The notes: generated by a model from the sequence alone, not told the origin. Numbered from the stretch's first letter, positions 8,719-16,910 are shown. The stretch: 20,000 nt of DNA from an uncultured virus (IMG/VR IMGVR_UViG_3300032829_000007) (IMGVR_UViG_3300032829_000007); one strand, 5' to 3'. Made by a program: numbers and translations.

Positions 8719-8997
8719 ATGAAAACTTTAATAAATGTACAAACAGGCAAATTAAATGAGTTTGACAGATTTTTTCAAAATGTTGATTTTATAGAACTCT
8801 ATGGAAAAGAAGGTAATGAAATTTTTCAAATAATTGAAAACGAAATTTCAAGTGATATTGAGGACATTAAAGACTCGCCTGAATTTTGGATTTCTGAATT
8901 TATTGATCCTTTCGATAATAAGCATTATATTATTGCTGCCGATGGTGAAGCAACTTCTTCGGGTAAATATGTTATCGCTGAAATAGTAGAAGAATAA
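8719..8997 (+). CDS. acidic hypothetical protein
   Basis: 92 aa, D/E-rich. Confidence 0.75.
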   Translation: MKTLINVQTGKLNEFDRFFQNVDFIELYGKEGNEIFQIIENEISSDIEDIKDSPEFWISEFIDPFDNKHYIIAADGEATSSGKYVIAEIVEE

Positions 8998-9011
8998 ATA
9001 AAAATTTAATT

Positions 9012-9209
9012 ATGATAACAATAACACATAAAAATAGTAAAGAATCCTTTAATAAATTTCCGGTATATTATAAGCATTATTCAATATATGGTTATATTAC
9101 ATTAGGTATTGATGAAGTTAATGAATTTTCTGTAATATTTAATCATGTTAATGATAATGAAATTATTTTTGAAGATATAAGTGACGAATTTATTATTAAT
9201 ATTAAATAA
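9012..9209 (+). CDS. hypothetical protein
   Basis: Packed ORF, ATTATG start. Confidence 0.65.
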   Translation: MITITHKNSKESFNKFPVYYKHYSIYGYITLGIDEVNEFSVIFNHVNDNEIIFEDISDEFIINIK

Positions 9210-9217
9210 ATATCATT

Positions 9218-9463
9218 ATGAAAAATACTGAAAATAAAACTTTTGATCTTATTTTCAATGATGAAAATAATAGTAATAACAAAGGTTTTTCTGAATCATT
9301 AGAGTATTGTAGAAATTATATTAAGCATAATGCTGGTACTAATTTCTCTTACTTTGAAGATTATAAAAATGGTACGGTTTCAATATACTGTAATGAAACA
9401 GATAAAACAATTGAAATATATTCATGTGAAGATGGTTCTCTTTTAGAAAGTAAGTTAGAATAA
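9218..9463 (+). CDS. hypothetical phage protein
   Basis: 81-aa ORF, ATTATG start. Confidence 0.75.
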   Translation: MKNTENKTFDLIFNDENNSNNKGFSESLEYCRNYIKHNAGTNFSYFEDYKNGTVSIYCNETDKTIEIYSCEDGSLLESKLE

Positions 9464-9495
9464 CTTAAATTTTTAATTGTTTATTGACAATATAT

Positions 9496-9523
9496 TGTAA
9501 CCTTTATTTAATTTTTACGTATA
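9496..9523 (+). promoter_or_regulatory. ECF-type promoter (TGTAAC-N16-CGTATA)
   Basis: Consensus match upstream of ATG 9575. Confidence 0.85.
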
Positions 9524-9574
9524 CTTAATTGAATTTAACAACAAACATTATTTATTAACTAATAATTTTCAATT

Positions 9575-9679
9575 ATGAAACGTACATTTGATTTAACAAT
9601 TCAGAAAGCAGAAGCAATGGTTTTAATAACTATTGTAATTGTATCAGCAATATTACTTGTTATAAACGGTAATGTATAA
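9575..9679 (+). CDS. small single-TM peptide (34 aa)
   Basis: MKRTFDLTIQKAEAMVLITIVIVSAILLVINGNV*, with a TTTTCAATTATG start context. Confidence 0.6.
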   Translation: MKRTFDLTIQKAEAMVLITIVIVSAILLVINGNV

Positions 9680-9767
9680 TAAAAACTTTAAAGGTTTCAA
9701 GTCCTTATAAATTGTGAGAATTGGCATATTTAAATTAATAATATGCCAATAAACAAACTAAAGTAAA

Positions 9768-9992
9768 ATGAAAAAAAATAAACATACTCCTAAATGTATT
9801 GTTGAAATTTTATTTAAAGTAAGTATTTTACCTTTAATAAAACAAAAATATGAATCTAATGGAGTAAAAAATTTTTCAGTTCGTACTATTGCATGGTATA
9901 ATTTTACTGATTCTCTTTGTAAAAATGGTAATATATCTAAAAATCATTATAATATTTGGACATTACCTGATTTTTGTCAAAAAAGTAAATAA
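9768..9992 (+). CDS. hypothetical protein, paralog of 10016-10240
   Basis: Shares ILP.IK...ESNG.K.F..R..AW..FTDSLCK.G.IS...YN.W.LP..C.KS.K with the next ORF. Confidence 0.75.
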   Translation: MKKNKHTPKCIVEILFKVSILPLIKQKYESNGVKNFSVRTIAWYNFTDSLCKNGNISKNHYNIWTLPDFCQKSK

Positions 9993-10015
9993 TAAATTAA
10001 TAAAGTAAAAGCATT

Positions 10016-10240
10016 ATGAAAACATCATTTTTAACTAAAAAGGCTGTTGAAAATTCTTTTAAATCGGAAATTCTGCCAGCAATTAAAGAAAGGCACGAAT
10101 CTAATGGTATTAAGGATTTTCCTGCACGTTCTGAAGCATGGAATTTTTATACTGATTCTCTTTGTAAAGATGGTTTAATATCCACAAACCAATATAATAA
10201 TTGGGGTTTGCCTAAATATTGTGAAAAATCAAATAAGTAA
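10016..10240 (+). CDS. hypothetical protein, paralog of 9768-9992
   Basis: Tandem paralog; both proteins are 74 aa. Confidence 0.8.
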   Translation: MKTSFLTKKAVENSFKSEILPAIKERHESNGIKDFPARSEAWNFYTDSLCKDGLISTNQYNNWGLPKYCEKSNK

Positions 10241-10273
10241 CGTATTGTTTAACTTTAAATAAAATTTATTCTT

Positions 10274-10354
10274 ATGAAAACTAAAGCAGATTCAAAACAA
10301 AGAACATTAGCAATAAAAAAAGCCAGGCAAGCTAAATTAACAATGTACAAGTAA
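10274..10354 (+). CDS. small basic peptide (26 aa)
   Basis: MKTKADSKQRTLAIKKARQAKLTMYK*, with an MKT start like neighbouring genes. Confidence 0.45.
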   Translation: MKTKADSKQRTLAIKKARQAKLTMYK

Positions 10355-10471
10355 AATTCATCCGTATGAAAATAATACATCAAAAATTGCCTCTAATAAG
10401 AGGACAGCCCAAAGAATAAAGAATATAAATAATAATAATTAATAATAAAATATAAGATTGTAAATAAAATG

Positions 10472-10499
10472 AAAATCCGGTTAATAGACCGGATTTTTT
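10472..10499 (+). terminator. intrinsic terminator
   Basis: AAAATCCGGTT-AATA-GACCGGATTTT followed by T. Confidence 0.8.
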
Positions 10500-10510
10500 A
10501 TTTAAAATAA

Positions 10511-10538
10511 TGTAACCTTTTTTTATAATGTACGTATA
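10511..10538 (+). promoter_or_regulatory. ECF-type promoter (TGTAAC-N16-CGTATA)
   Basis: Consensus match upstream of ATG 10588. Confidence 0.85.
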
Positions 10539-10587
10539 CTATAATACAAACAACAAATAAAAAGTATTAATTTAAAACATTTCAATC

Positions 10588-10872
10588 ATGAGTCTTTCAA
10601 AAAAATTAATTGATGCTAAATTTACAGAACTATGTAAATTAACAAATGGAGAAAAAACTAATGATTCTAAATATTATTTAGCCTATGATTTTAATTCAAA
10701 TTATGGTGGTTATAGATTAAATAATATTAAAAAAGATGGTGGTACTCATTACGGTGCTTTCGGTAAAAATTCAACATGTAGTAGAATGTCAGCAAAAGAA
10801 TTTTATCAATATCTTTGTGGTTTAATAGAAGGTATTGAATTTGTTAAAACCGGAAAACATTCTTTATTATAA
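10588..10872 (+). CDS. hypothetical phage protein
   Basis: 94-aa ORF after a promoter. Confidence 0.8.
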   Translation: MSLSKKLIDAKFTELCKLTNGEKTNDSKYYLAYDFNSNYGGYRLNNIKKDGGTHYGAFGKNSTCSRMSAKEFYQYLCGLIEGIEFVKTGKHSLL

Positions 10873-10903
10873 AATAATAAATAAATTTTAAAACATTTCA
10901 ATT

Positions 10904-11068
10904 ATGAAAAAAGAAGATTTCAATAAATTAATTTTAAATTATAATGCATTTAAAGCTTCAGATGCATTGGCTTGGTTTAGAGAAAATCATAGTGAAGAAT
11001 TTAGAAATTCTTTAAAAGACCAATATCAATATTGTGTAGATAACGAATATCTTTGGAATAAAGAATAA
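10904..11068 (+). CDS. small hypothetical protein (54 aa)
   Basis: MKKEDFNKLILNYNAF...YLWNKE*. Its upstream TTTAAAACATTTCAAT context matches that of ORF 10588. Confidence 0.65.
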   Translation: MKKEDFNKLILNYNAFKASDALAWFRENHSEEFRNSLKDQYQYCVDNEYLWNKE

Positions 11069-11082
11069 AAAACATTCTAATT

Positions 11083-11409
11083 ATGAAAACGAAAGGTTTA
11101 TTAGTATTTGTATATAAAAATCCTTTAGGAGATTGCACTAATAAGGGTATTTCTCACGATAAAACTCAATTAATATTAATTGGCGAAGGTATACCGGAAA
11201 TTTTTGAAGGTGACGAAACCAATACAGTAAAACTAGTTAAGAGAAATCTTAATGGAAGAAGAACATCAAATATTTATTTGCATGTTGAGCCGATTAATTA
11301 TGAAGAAAATCATAAACCTTGGTTCATGGCTGGTGGAAATTTTATTTATGCTAGTGATTCAAGATTTCCATGTGATTATCCTATTTCTATACACGATAGA
11401 GTAGAATAA
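11083..11409 (+). CDS. conserved phage protein of unknown function
   Basis: GDCTNKGIS...MAGGNFIYASDSRF...PISIHDRVE motifs resemble a known phage hypothetical family (recognised by eye). Confidence 0.8.
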   Translation: MKTKGLLVFVYKNPLGDCTNKGISHDKTQLILIGEGIPEIFEGDETNTVKLVKRNLNGRRTSNIYLHVEPINYEENHKPWFMAGGNFIYASDSRFPCDYPISIHDRVE

Positions 11410-11424
11410 AAAATTTTAAAAATT

Positions 11425-11619
11425 ATGAGTAAGCATAATAATAATTTAAGTATATCTTTAAGTAAAAGATGTAAATGTGGAAGATATATAACATTAGGTG
11501 AAGAAAAGGCAGGTATTGGAGTTTTTGGTTATGTATGTCCAGATTGTACTAATAGACAATATTCCAAACCTTTAACAAGTGAAGAATATTATGAACAATT
11601 TAAACGTATGTTTAATTAA
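11425..11619 (+). CDS. putative zinc-ribbon protein
   Basis: CKCG...CPDC. Confidence 0.65.
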   Translation: MSKHNNNLSISLSKRCKCGRYITLGEEKAGIGVFGYVCPDCTNRQYSKPLTSEEYYEQFKRMFN

Positions 11620-11622
11620 ATT

Positions 11623-11650
11623 TGTAACATTTATATATATTTTTCGTATA
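11623..11650 (+). promoter_or_regulatory. ECF-type promoter (TGTAAC-N16-CGTATA)
   Basis: Consensus match upstream of ATG 11686. Confidence 0.85.
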
Positions 11651-11685
11651 ATAATGTACAAATAAATATTTTAAATAATACTATT

Positions 11686-11886
11686 ATGAAAAAAAATAAT
11701 TATACTGTTGTTTTTAAATTTGGTAAAAGTGTAAATGTAAATGCATTTAATCCATTAGATGCTTATATTATTGCTGCAAATTTAAAAATTAGTCAAGGTT
11801 TAACTACTGAAATTGATAATGTTATTGATAATGATTCAAAAAATAATTATCTAATTAATATTGATGTAAATTTAACTGATTTATAA
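11686..11886 (+). CDS. hypothetical protein
   Basis: ORF after a promoter. Confidence 0.7.
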   Translation: MKKNNYTVVFKFGKSVNVNAFNPLDAYIIAANLKISQGLTTEIDNVIDNDSKNNYLINIDVNLTDL

Positions 11887-11897
11887 AAAGTAATTTT

Positions 11898-12149
11898 ATG
11901 AAAACTTTTAATAGAACTTATTTACCGGAAACCATAATTTATAATGGTGAAATTTATCAAAGAAATACTACTATTTCAAATTTAAATATTCAAAATAGTA
12001 GTTTAAGTGATTATATTAAAACATTAAAGTCAACAGGTATTAAAGTAGTGTTGTGTAATGTTCTTTCTAAAAATTTGAAAGGTAAAACAGATTTATTTCA
12101 TAAACCATATCAACCAACACAATGGGTTTTTATTCATAAAAAACAATAA
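11898..12149 (+). CDS. hypothetical protein
   Basis: Packed ORF. Confidence 0.7.
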   Translation: MKTFNRTYLPETIIYNGEIYQRNTTISNLNIQNSSLSDYIKTLKSTGIKVVLCNVLSKNLKGKTDLFHKPYQPTQWVFIHKKQ

Positions 12150-12166
12150 TAAAAAATATTTCAATT

Positions 12167-12382
12167 ATGAGAACATATAAATATAAAGGATTATTCATAA
12201 GTAAAGAAGGTAATAAATATGAATTGGATGTAAATTGTAATGGATTTCTTCAAGCATTTTTCTTATTAACAGCAGATGCAATAAGAAGCGGAAAACATTA
12301 TCAATTAAATTCAATTTCAGATGAAAATGAACACATTGTATATATATCAGATATATTAAAATGTAACGAGTTATTTTCTTAA
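12167..12382 (+). CDS. hypothetical protein
   Basis: Packed ORF, TTCAATTATG start. Confidence 0.7.
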   Translation: MRTYKYKGLFISKEGNKYELDVNCNGFLQAFFLLTADAIRSGKHYQLNSISDENEHIVYISDILKCNELFS

Positions 12383-12411
12383 CATTGTACAAATTTTTAA
12401 TAAAATTTATT

Positions 12412-12855
12412 ATGAAAACTGAAATTGAAAACATTTTATTATCTATATTACCAAAGCAAGCATTTATAAACGTTAAAGAAATTAAAAGTTGTTTTGGTGA
12501 TGAAGAAATTATGATATTTTTTGCTGCAAAGGATTATGATATTAATAATGTTAGTGGACAAAAGCCTCAAGCAGTTTCTTTATTATTAGACATTAAAACT
12601 TTAAAATTAAGACCTCAGGTTTTTGGTGGTAATGGAGGGCAATATATTGAAAGAAAGCCAAATTTAAATTTACCAGAAGAAAAATATTTAGCAATGAAAG
12701 GTGTTAGAATACCTTTTAGAACTCCAAAACCAATAAAAGAAAAGGTATTAAATTGTATTAAAACATTTGCGGAAAATTGGGTTAAATTATTACGTGAAAA
12801 TAAGGATGTTTTAATGTATCAAGATATTGTTAATTATGATGAATTATTAAAATAA
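12412..12855 (+). CDS. hypothetical phage protein
   Basis: Start moved from TTG 12385 to ATG 12412 (ATTATG, MKTEIE...). Confidence 0.8.
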   Translation: MKTEIENILLSILPKQAFINVKEIKSCFGDEEIMIFFAAKDYDINNVSGQKPQAVSLLLDIKTLKLRPQVFGGNGGQYIERKPNLNLPEEKYLAMKGVRIPFRTPKPIKEKVLNCIKTFAENWVKLLRENKDVLMYQDIVNYDELLK

Positions 12856-12883
12856 TAATTTTTAATTTTAACATTGTACAATT

Positions 12884-13228
12884 ATGAATAAAATACATTT
12901 TACATTTTCTAATTTTGTCGAAACAAATATTAATTATTCAACAATAATTGAAAAAAGAAACATTTATATTTCAAGAGAAGATAATAAAACTTTTATTCAT
13001 ATTTCTAATTTAGATTTTTTCTATAGATCAACCGGAACACTTTTTAATTTTTATTCTTATGAAAATAAAGATATTGATAATTTAAATCATATTTATTTAC
13101 CGGAAATAAATAATTTATCATTAAATGAGATAATAACATTTATTAAAGAAATTCTTTTAAATTATAAAAAACGTTTATATAAATGGGATTATAAAAATAG
13201 ATGTAATATTTATAGATCAATAAATTAA
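12884..13228 (+). CDS. hypothetical protein
   Basis: 114-aa ORF. Confidence 0.65.
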   Translation: MNKIHFTFSNFVETNINYSTIIEKRNIYISREDNKTFIHISNLDFFYRSTGTLFNFYSYENKDIDNLNHIYLPEINNLSLNEIITFIKEILLNYKKRLYKWDYKNRCNIYRSIN

Positions 13229-13253
13229 TAATGTACAATTAAAATTAATTAAT

Positions 13254-13382
13254 ATGAGATATTTTAAATTTGATGATAATAGTATTGGTAAATTTCCTAT
13301 TGATTATAAATTTATACAATTTAAACCAATTGCAATTTATTTGTGTGATAACTTAGGCTTTGGATACTGGATTAATTTATAA
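13254..13382 (+). CDS. small hypothetical protein (42 aa)
   Basis: MRYFKFDDNSIGKFP...GFGYWINL*, fills the gap. Confidence 0.55.
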   Translation: MRYFKFDDNSIGKFPIDYKFIQFKPIAIYLCDNLGFGYWINL

Positions 13383-13387
13383 TTATT

Positions 13388-13780
13388 ATGAAAACAATAA
13401 ATTTTTATGATATTCCTGAACATATTCCAAGTTTAGAATTTGATGAAGATCATTTGGATATGAAGTTATTATTTTCAACAAATTGTTATATTTGGAGTAC
13501 TGAAACCGAATTGGAATATAACAAGGCAAAGGAAGAAATAAAGAAAATATCTTTTAAAGGTAATAAATGGGAAATTTATTGTAGTTATGATGTTTTTGGA
13601 TTTGATTATATTATTAGACAGCAAAAAGAATCTAATTATATTATTGTTACAATATCTTTTGAAACTGAAAATATAGAACGTTCAGAAATTGAAAATATTG
13701 ATAATGCACTCGAAGAAATTTATTCTAAATGTAGATATATACAAAATAAATATCATTATTTTGATTATAGTAATTTTTAA
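13388..13780 (+). CDS. hypothetical protein
   Basis: 130-aa acidic ORF. Confidence 0.75.
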   Translation: MKTINFYDIPEHIPSLEFDEDHLDMKLLFSTNCYIWSTETELEYNKAKEEIKKISFKGNKWEIYCSYDVFGFDYIIRQQKESNYIIVTISFETENIERSEIENIDNALEEIYSKCRYIQNKYHYFDYSNF

Positions 13781-13788
13781 AAAATACA

Positions 13789-14232
13789 ATGTTCAATATA
13801 AAATTAACAAAAAGGCAAAAAGAAATATTAAATATATTAAATGAAGAAAAAGCATTTAATATAACTTCTGGTTATATTCCCTTTGGAATAGATTATAAAA
13901 TTTTTGAAAATTTAACAATTAAAGGTATATTAAATAATAAAAATGATTTATTTTGGATAAGACAAGAGAATGAAAAAGAAACAGGCATTTATTATTGCTT
14001 TATTGTATATGGACAAAATATATTAATTGATAATAAAAATTATTATTTTATTATATGTAAAGCAAATAAAAAATATCCATTTAAATATATTGATAAAGGA
14101 TTATTAAAACTTGCTAAATCTTTAAATATTACTCGTTATAAAATGCATTTTGATGGTTATGAATTAGAATCATTTGAAAATACTAAATTTCCTAAGTTTG
14201 AATTTAATGGAACTGAATTTATAAAAAAATGA
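13789..14232 (+). CDS. hypothetical protein, possible N-terminal winged-helix
   Basis: KLTKRQKEILNIL...FENLTIKGIL pattern. Confidence 0.6.
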   Translation: MFNIKLTKRQKEILNILNEEKAFNITSGYIPFGIDYKIFENLTIKGILNNKNDLFWIRQENEKETGIYYCFIVYGQNILIDNKNYYFIICKANKKYPFKYIDKGLLKLAKSLNITRYKMHFDGYELESFENTKFPKFEFNGTEFIKK

Positions 14233-14278
14233 AAGATATTATTATTTTGATTGTACAAAATTTTAAAACTTTTCAATT

Positions 14279-14770
14279 ATGTATAATAAATTTATTGATA
14301 TTGAAATAAAAACTTTAGAAGATGTTCAATGTTTTTTAAATAATATTGAATTTATTAATGAGGGTGGCTGTGGAATTGCAATGTTAGCAATGTACAGATG
14401 GTTAAAGAAAAATAAACAACTTAATAAAAGTACTTGTTTTTATTATTTATATAGTTCATGGAGTGAAAATAGATATTTAAATAATAAAGAAGTATTAAAA
14501 ACAAAAAATGGTAAACCAGATTGTTGTACTCATGCAATGTTATATCATAATGATTTATTTATTGATAGTCTAGGAAATTATAATTTTTCTATTGTATCGA
14601 ACGATTATAATTGGTTACAAAAAATAACTGATGAAAAATTTATAATTGATTCAATTAATAATTATAATTATAATACTTGGAATTCTGATTTTGAAAGAAA
14701 AAAGAATATTAAAATTATAGAAAAGGGTTTAAATATTGATTTATCTGATATATGTTTAAAATATAACTAA
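14279..14770 (+). CDS. hypothetical protein, possible papain/transglutaminase-like fold
   Basis: INEGGCGIAM...HAMLY...FIDSLG gives a Cys-His-Asp order typical of such folds (inference). Confidence 0.55.
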   Translation: MYNKFIDIEIKTLEDVQCFLNNIEFINEGGCGIAMLAMYRWLKKNKQLNKSTCFYYLYSSWSENRYLNNKEVLKTKNGKPDCCTHAMLYHNDLFIDSLGNYNFSIVSNDYNWLQKITDEKFIIDSINNYNYNTWNSDFERKKNIKIIEKGLNIDLSDICLKYN

Positions 14771-14779
14771 TAATTTATT

Positions 14780-14956
14780 ATGAAAAATCTTAATTTTAAA
14801 AATGATAATGTACAAAATAATATTGATGTTGATTCAATGGCTAATCATATTTTAAAACAAATTGAGGCTGCAAATAAAGTTGGAATAAAAACCTTTACTT
14901 ATACATCAATGGAGGAAGTTTTTGATGTTAAATCAGAATTTTTGGATATAAAATAA
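14780..14956 (+). CDS. small hypothetical protein (58 aa)
   Basis: MKNLNFKNDNVQ...SEFLDIK*, ATTATG start. Confidence 0.6.
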   Translation: MKNLNFKNDNVQNNIDVDSMANHILKQIEAANKVGIKTFTYTSMEEVFDVKSEFLDIK

Positions 14957-14990
14957 TATTATTGATAATTTATTATTGATAATTTATTAT
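14957..14990. repeat. short tandem repeat TATTATTGATAATT x2.4
   Basis: Direct 14-nt duplication seen in the sequence. Confidence 0.6.
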
Positions 14991-15015
14991 AACATTATAT
15001 AAAATTTATCGTATA
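14988..15015 (+). promoter_or_regulatory. ECF-type promoter (TATAAC-N16-CGTATA)
   Basis: Motif upstream of ATG 15041. Confidence 0.75.
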
Positions 15016-15040
15016 ATATAGTATAAAAAACAAATAAAAA

Positions 15041-15244
15041 ATGATAAAAAAAATTATAATTAAAATCGGTGATAATGTTGAGTTATTCAATGGAACTTTT
15101 GGGGTTGTTTCAGATATTGATTATGGTACTTATAAAATAAAAATATCTGGTGAACATAAATATCCTATATGGTTTCATATTCTTAACATTCATTATCTTA
15201 ATGGAATTGATTGCGAAAATAATTATATTGCATTATCTTTGTAG
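15041..15244 (+). CDS. hypothetical protein (KOW/SH3-like)
   Basis: IKIGDNVELFNGTFGVVSDI pattern. Confidence 0.65.
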   Translation: MIKKIIIKIGDNVELFNGTFGVVSDIDYGTYKIKISGEHKYPIWFHILNIHYLNGIDCENNYIALSL

Positions 15245-15253
15245 TATTATTAA

Positions 15254-15281
15254 TGTAACTTTTAATAAATTTTATCGTATA
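15254..15281 (+). promoter_or_regulatory. ECF-type promoter driving ORF 15309 and the mini-array
   Basis: TGTAAC-N16-CGTATA. Confidence 0.85.
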
Positions 15282-15308
15282 ATATTATAACATTTAAATA
15301 AAATAATT

Positions 15309-15698
15309 ATGGAAAAGATATTAAAAATTAATGTACCTGAGGGTTATGTTATTGACAATGAAAAATCGACATTTGAAAATATTGTTTTTAAATCTATTGA
15401 AAACAATAATACTGAAATACTTAAAGAAATGTCAGATTTTTTATTTAGTATGATTAACGGTACAACAATAAAAATCACTGGAGAAAAAGAAATAACTCAT
15501 TATAATAGTAATAGTGAATGGATTATTCAACAGGATTATAAAAATGGTTATCTTTATATAAATTATTATAAAATTTGGAAAGTTTTTGAAGAAAAATATA
15601 AACTTAAATATAATGAGATCAGAGATTTCATTAGATGTTGGGTAGAAACTAATACCAATTGGAATGGACTTACACCTGTTAAAAAGACACTTATATGA
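15309..15698 (+). CDS. array-associated hypothetical protein (C-terminus encoded by repeat 1 and spacer 1)
   Basis: 129-aa ORF with its own promoter. VETNTNWNGLTP comes from the repeat, and the TGA stop lies in spacer 1. Confidence 0.8.
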   Translation: MEKILKINVPEGYVIDNEKSTFENIVFKSIENNNTEILKEMSDFLFSMINGTTIKITGEKEITHYNSNSEWIIQQDYKNGYLYINYYKIWKVFEEKYKLKYNEIRDFIRCWVETNTNWNGLTPVKKTLI

Positions 15699-15873
15699 AC
15701 AAGTTTGGTAGAAACTAATACCAATTGGAATGGACTTACACCATTCCTGAGATTCACTCATACCATTGGTATGGTAGAAACTAATACCAATTGGAATGAA
15801 CTTACACCTTGCCAGGGCAATGAATGGCATATTAACTGGTAGAAATCAATACTAATTGAAATTAACATATATA
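15641..15873 (+). CRISPR. CRISPR-like mini-array: 4 repeats (last degenerate), 3 spacers, no cas genes in the window
   Basis: Repeat GGTAGAAACTAATACCAATTGGAATGGACTTACACC (36 nt) at 15641-15676, 15707-15742, 15773-15808 (1 mismatch) and 15838-15873 (degenerate). Unique spacers are 30, 30 and 29 nt. The + orientation is inferred from the promoter and the degenerate trailer. Confidence 0.88.
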
Positions 15874-15912
15874 AAAAATACATAAATTTGTTTAATCTTT
15901 AAATTTTAATAT

Positions 15913-16104
15913 ATGAATGAAAATTATTATGAAATTAATTTAATGAGTAATAAGCTTTTTTTAAAAAGTTATTACTCAAAAGTATTGCCTAATGTAAATG
16001 ATAAAATTAGTTTATCAGAGAATGAGGTTTTTTTTGTTGAGGAAAGATTATTACCTTCTACTGATTCAAATAGAATTGTTTTATTTGGAATAATATTAAA
16101 ATAA
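15913..16104 (+). CDS. hypothetical protein
   Basis: 63-aa ORF immediately downstream of the array. Confidence 0.65.
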   Translation: MNENYYEINLMSNKLFLKSYYSKVLPNVNDKISLSENEVFFVEERLLPSTDSNRIVLFGIILK

Positions 16105-16108
16105 ATAA

Positions 16109-16762
16109 ATTTCTGATAAAATTTTAGATTTTATAGCTAATTTAATATTTTATAAAGATACATCAGAATTAAATAAATTAAGTTTACAATGTTTTTTTAG
16201 TGATTTATCAAAATTACCACAAATTAAAAAATTTGCATATGATAAATTAATAGAAATATGTAAAGAACAAAAGATTTATTTTTTTGAGGTATCTGACAAT
16301 ATTATAAATAAAAATGTAACAAATGAAAATGAAAAAGCTGCCGGAAAATATACATATTTAAAAGGAAAAACAGTTATTGAAATGAATGAATCAACAAATA
16401 AACTTATTGAATTATCAAAAAAATGTAATAGAAATGTTGAATTAGATGATTATTTTCCCAGAATTTTAATAAATGTTAATAATGATGAAGATAAATATAA
16501 TGTAATGACATTAGCTCATGAATTAGGGCATCATTTTATAAATGTTAATGGTGAAGATCAAAGTGAAAATTTAGCAGATAAATTTATATATGATATATTT
16601 TTAGTTTATTTACCCGATTTTTTTATTGCAATTGAACATATTATGTTAGGTATAAAATTAAAAATAAATTATGGATTAGATATTGATTATAAAAAAATGT
16701 ATAATAGTTATCTTAAATTTAGAGAAGAACATCCCGAAATGAAACTACCAATATTAAATTAA
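16109..16762 (+). CDS. ImmA/IrrE-family metallopeptidase (start uncertain)
   Basis: TLAHELGHH...SENLADKF motif. The frame stays open 91 codons upstream of ATG 16382, back to ATT 16109. Confidence 0.75.
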   Translation: MSDKILDFIANLIFYKDTSELNKLSLQCFFSDLSKLPQIKKFAYDKLIEICKEQKIYFFEVSDNIINKNVTNENEKAAGKYTYLKGKTVIEMNESTNKLIELSKKCNRNVELDDYFPRILINVNNDEDKYNVMTLAHELGHHFINVNGEDQSENLADKFIYDIFLVYLPDFFIAIEHIMLGIKLKINYGLDIDYKKMYNSYLKFREEHPEMKLPILN

Positions 16763-16801
16763 AAATATTTTTATTTATTCTATTTATAAAGAAATAATAA
16801 T

Positions 16802-16882
16802 ATGAAAAAAATGTTTTTAAATTTAATTTGGGATAAGGAAAAAAAGCCTACTGATCCTCCACCTGACAAAAATAATATTTAA
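16802..16882 (+). CDS. small proline-rich peptide (26 aa)
   Basis: MKKMFLNLIWDKEKKPTDPPPDKNNI*, just before a terminator. Confidence 0.4.
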   Translation: MKKMFLNLIWDKEKKPTDPPPDKNNI

Positions 16883-16910
16883 TAAAATTAAATATTTATT
16901 TAAAATTATT

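Noticed and set aside
12195..12434. - strand ORF
   Set aside because: Antisense to two well-supported + genes.
15760..15772. Spacer 2 end ATACCATTGGTAT resembles the repeat core ATACCAATTGGAAT
   Set aside because: Fully explained by the protospacer sequence. A single short similarity cannot support a mechanism.
15441..15830. - strand ORFs 15441-15830 and 15566-15757
   Set aside because: Antisense read-through of the array. The shared peptide TNGMSESQE only reflects spacer 2 matching gene 18113.
15641..15873. Array interpreted as a simple coding tandem repeat or a DGR template/variable repeat
   Set aside because: The spacers are unrelated to each other, one contains a stop and one matches a distant gene in antisense. 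There is no reverse transcriptase in the window, and repeats 1 and 2 are identical.
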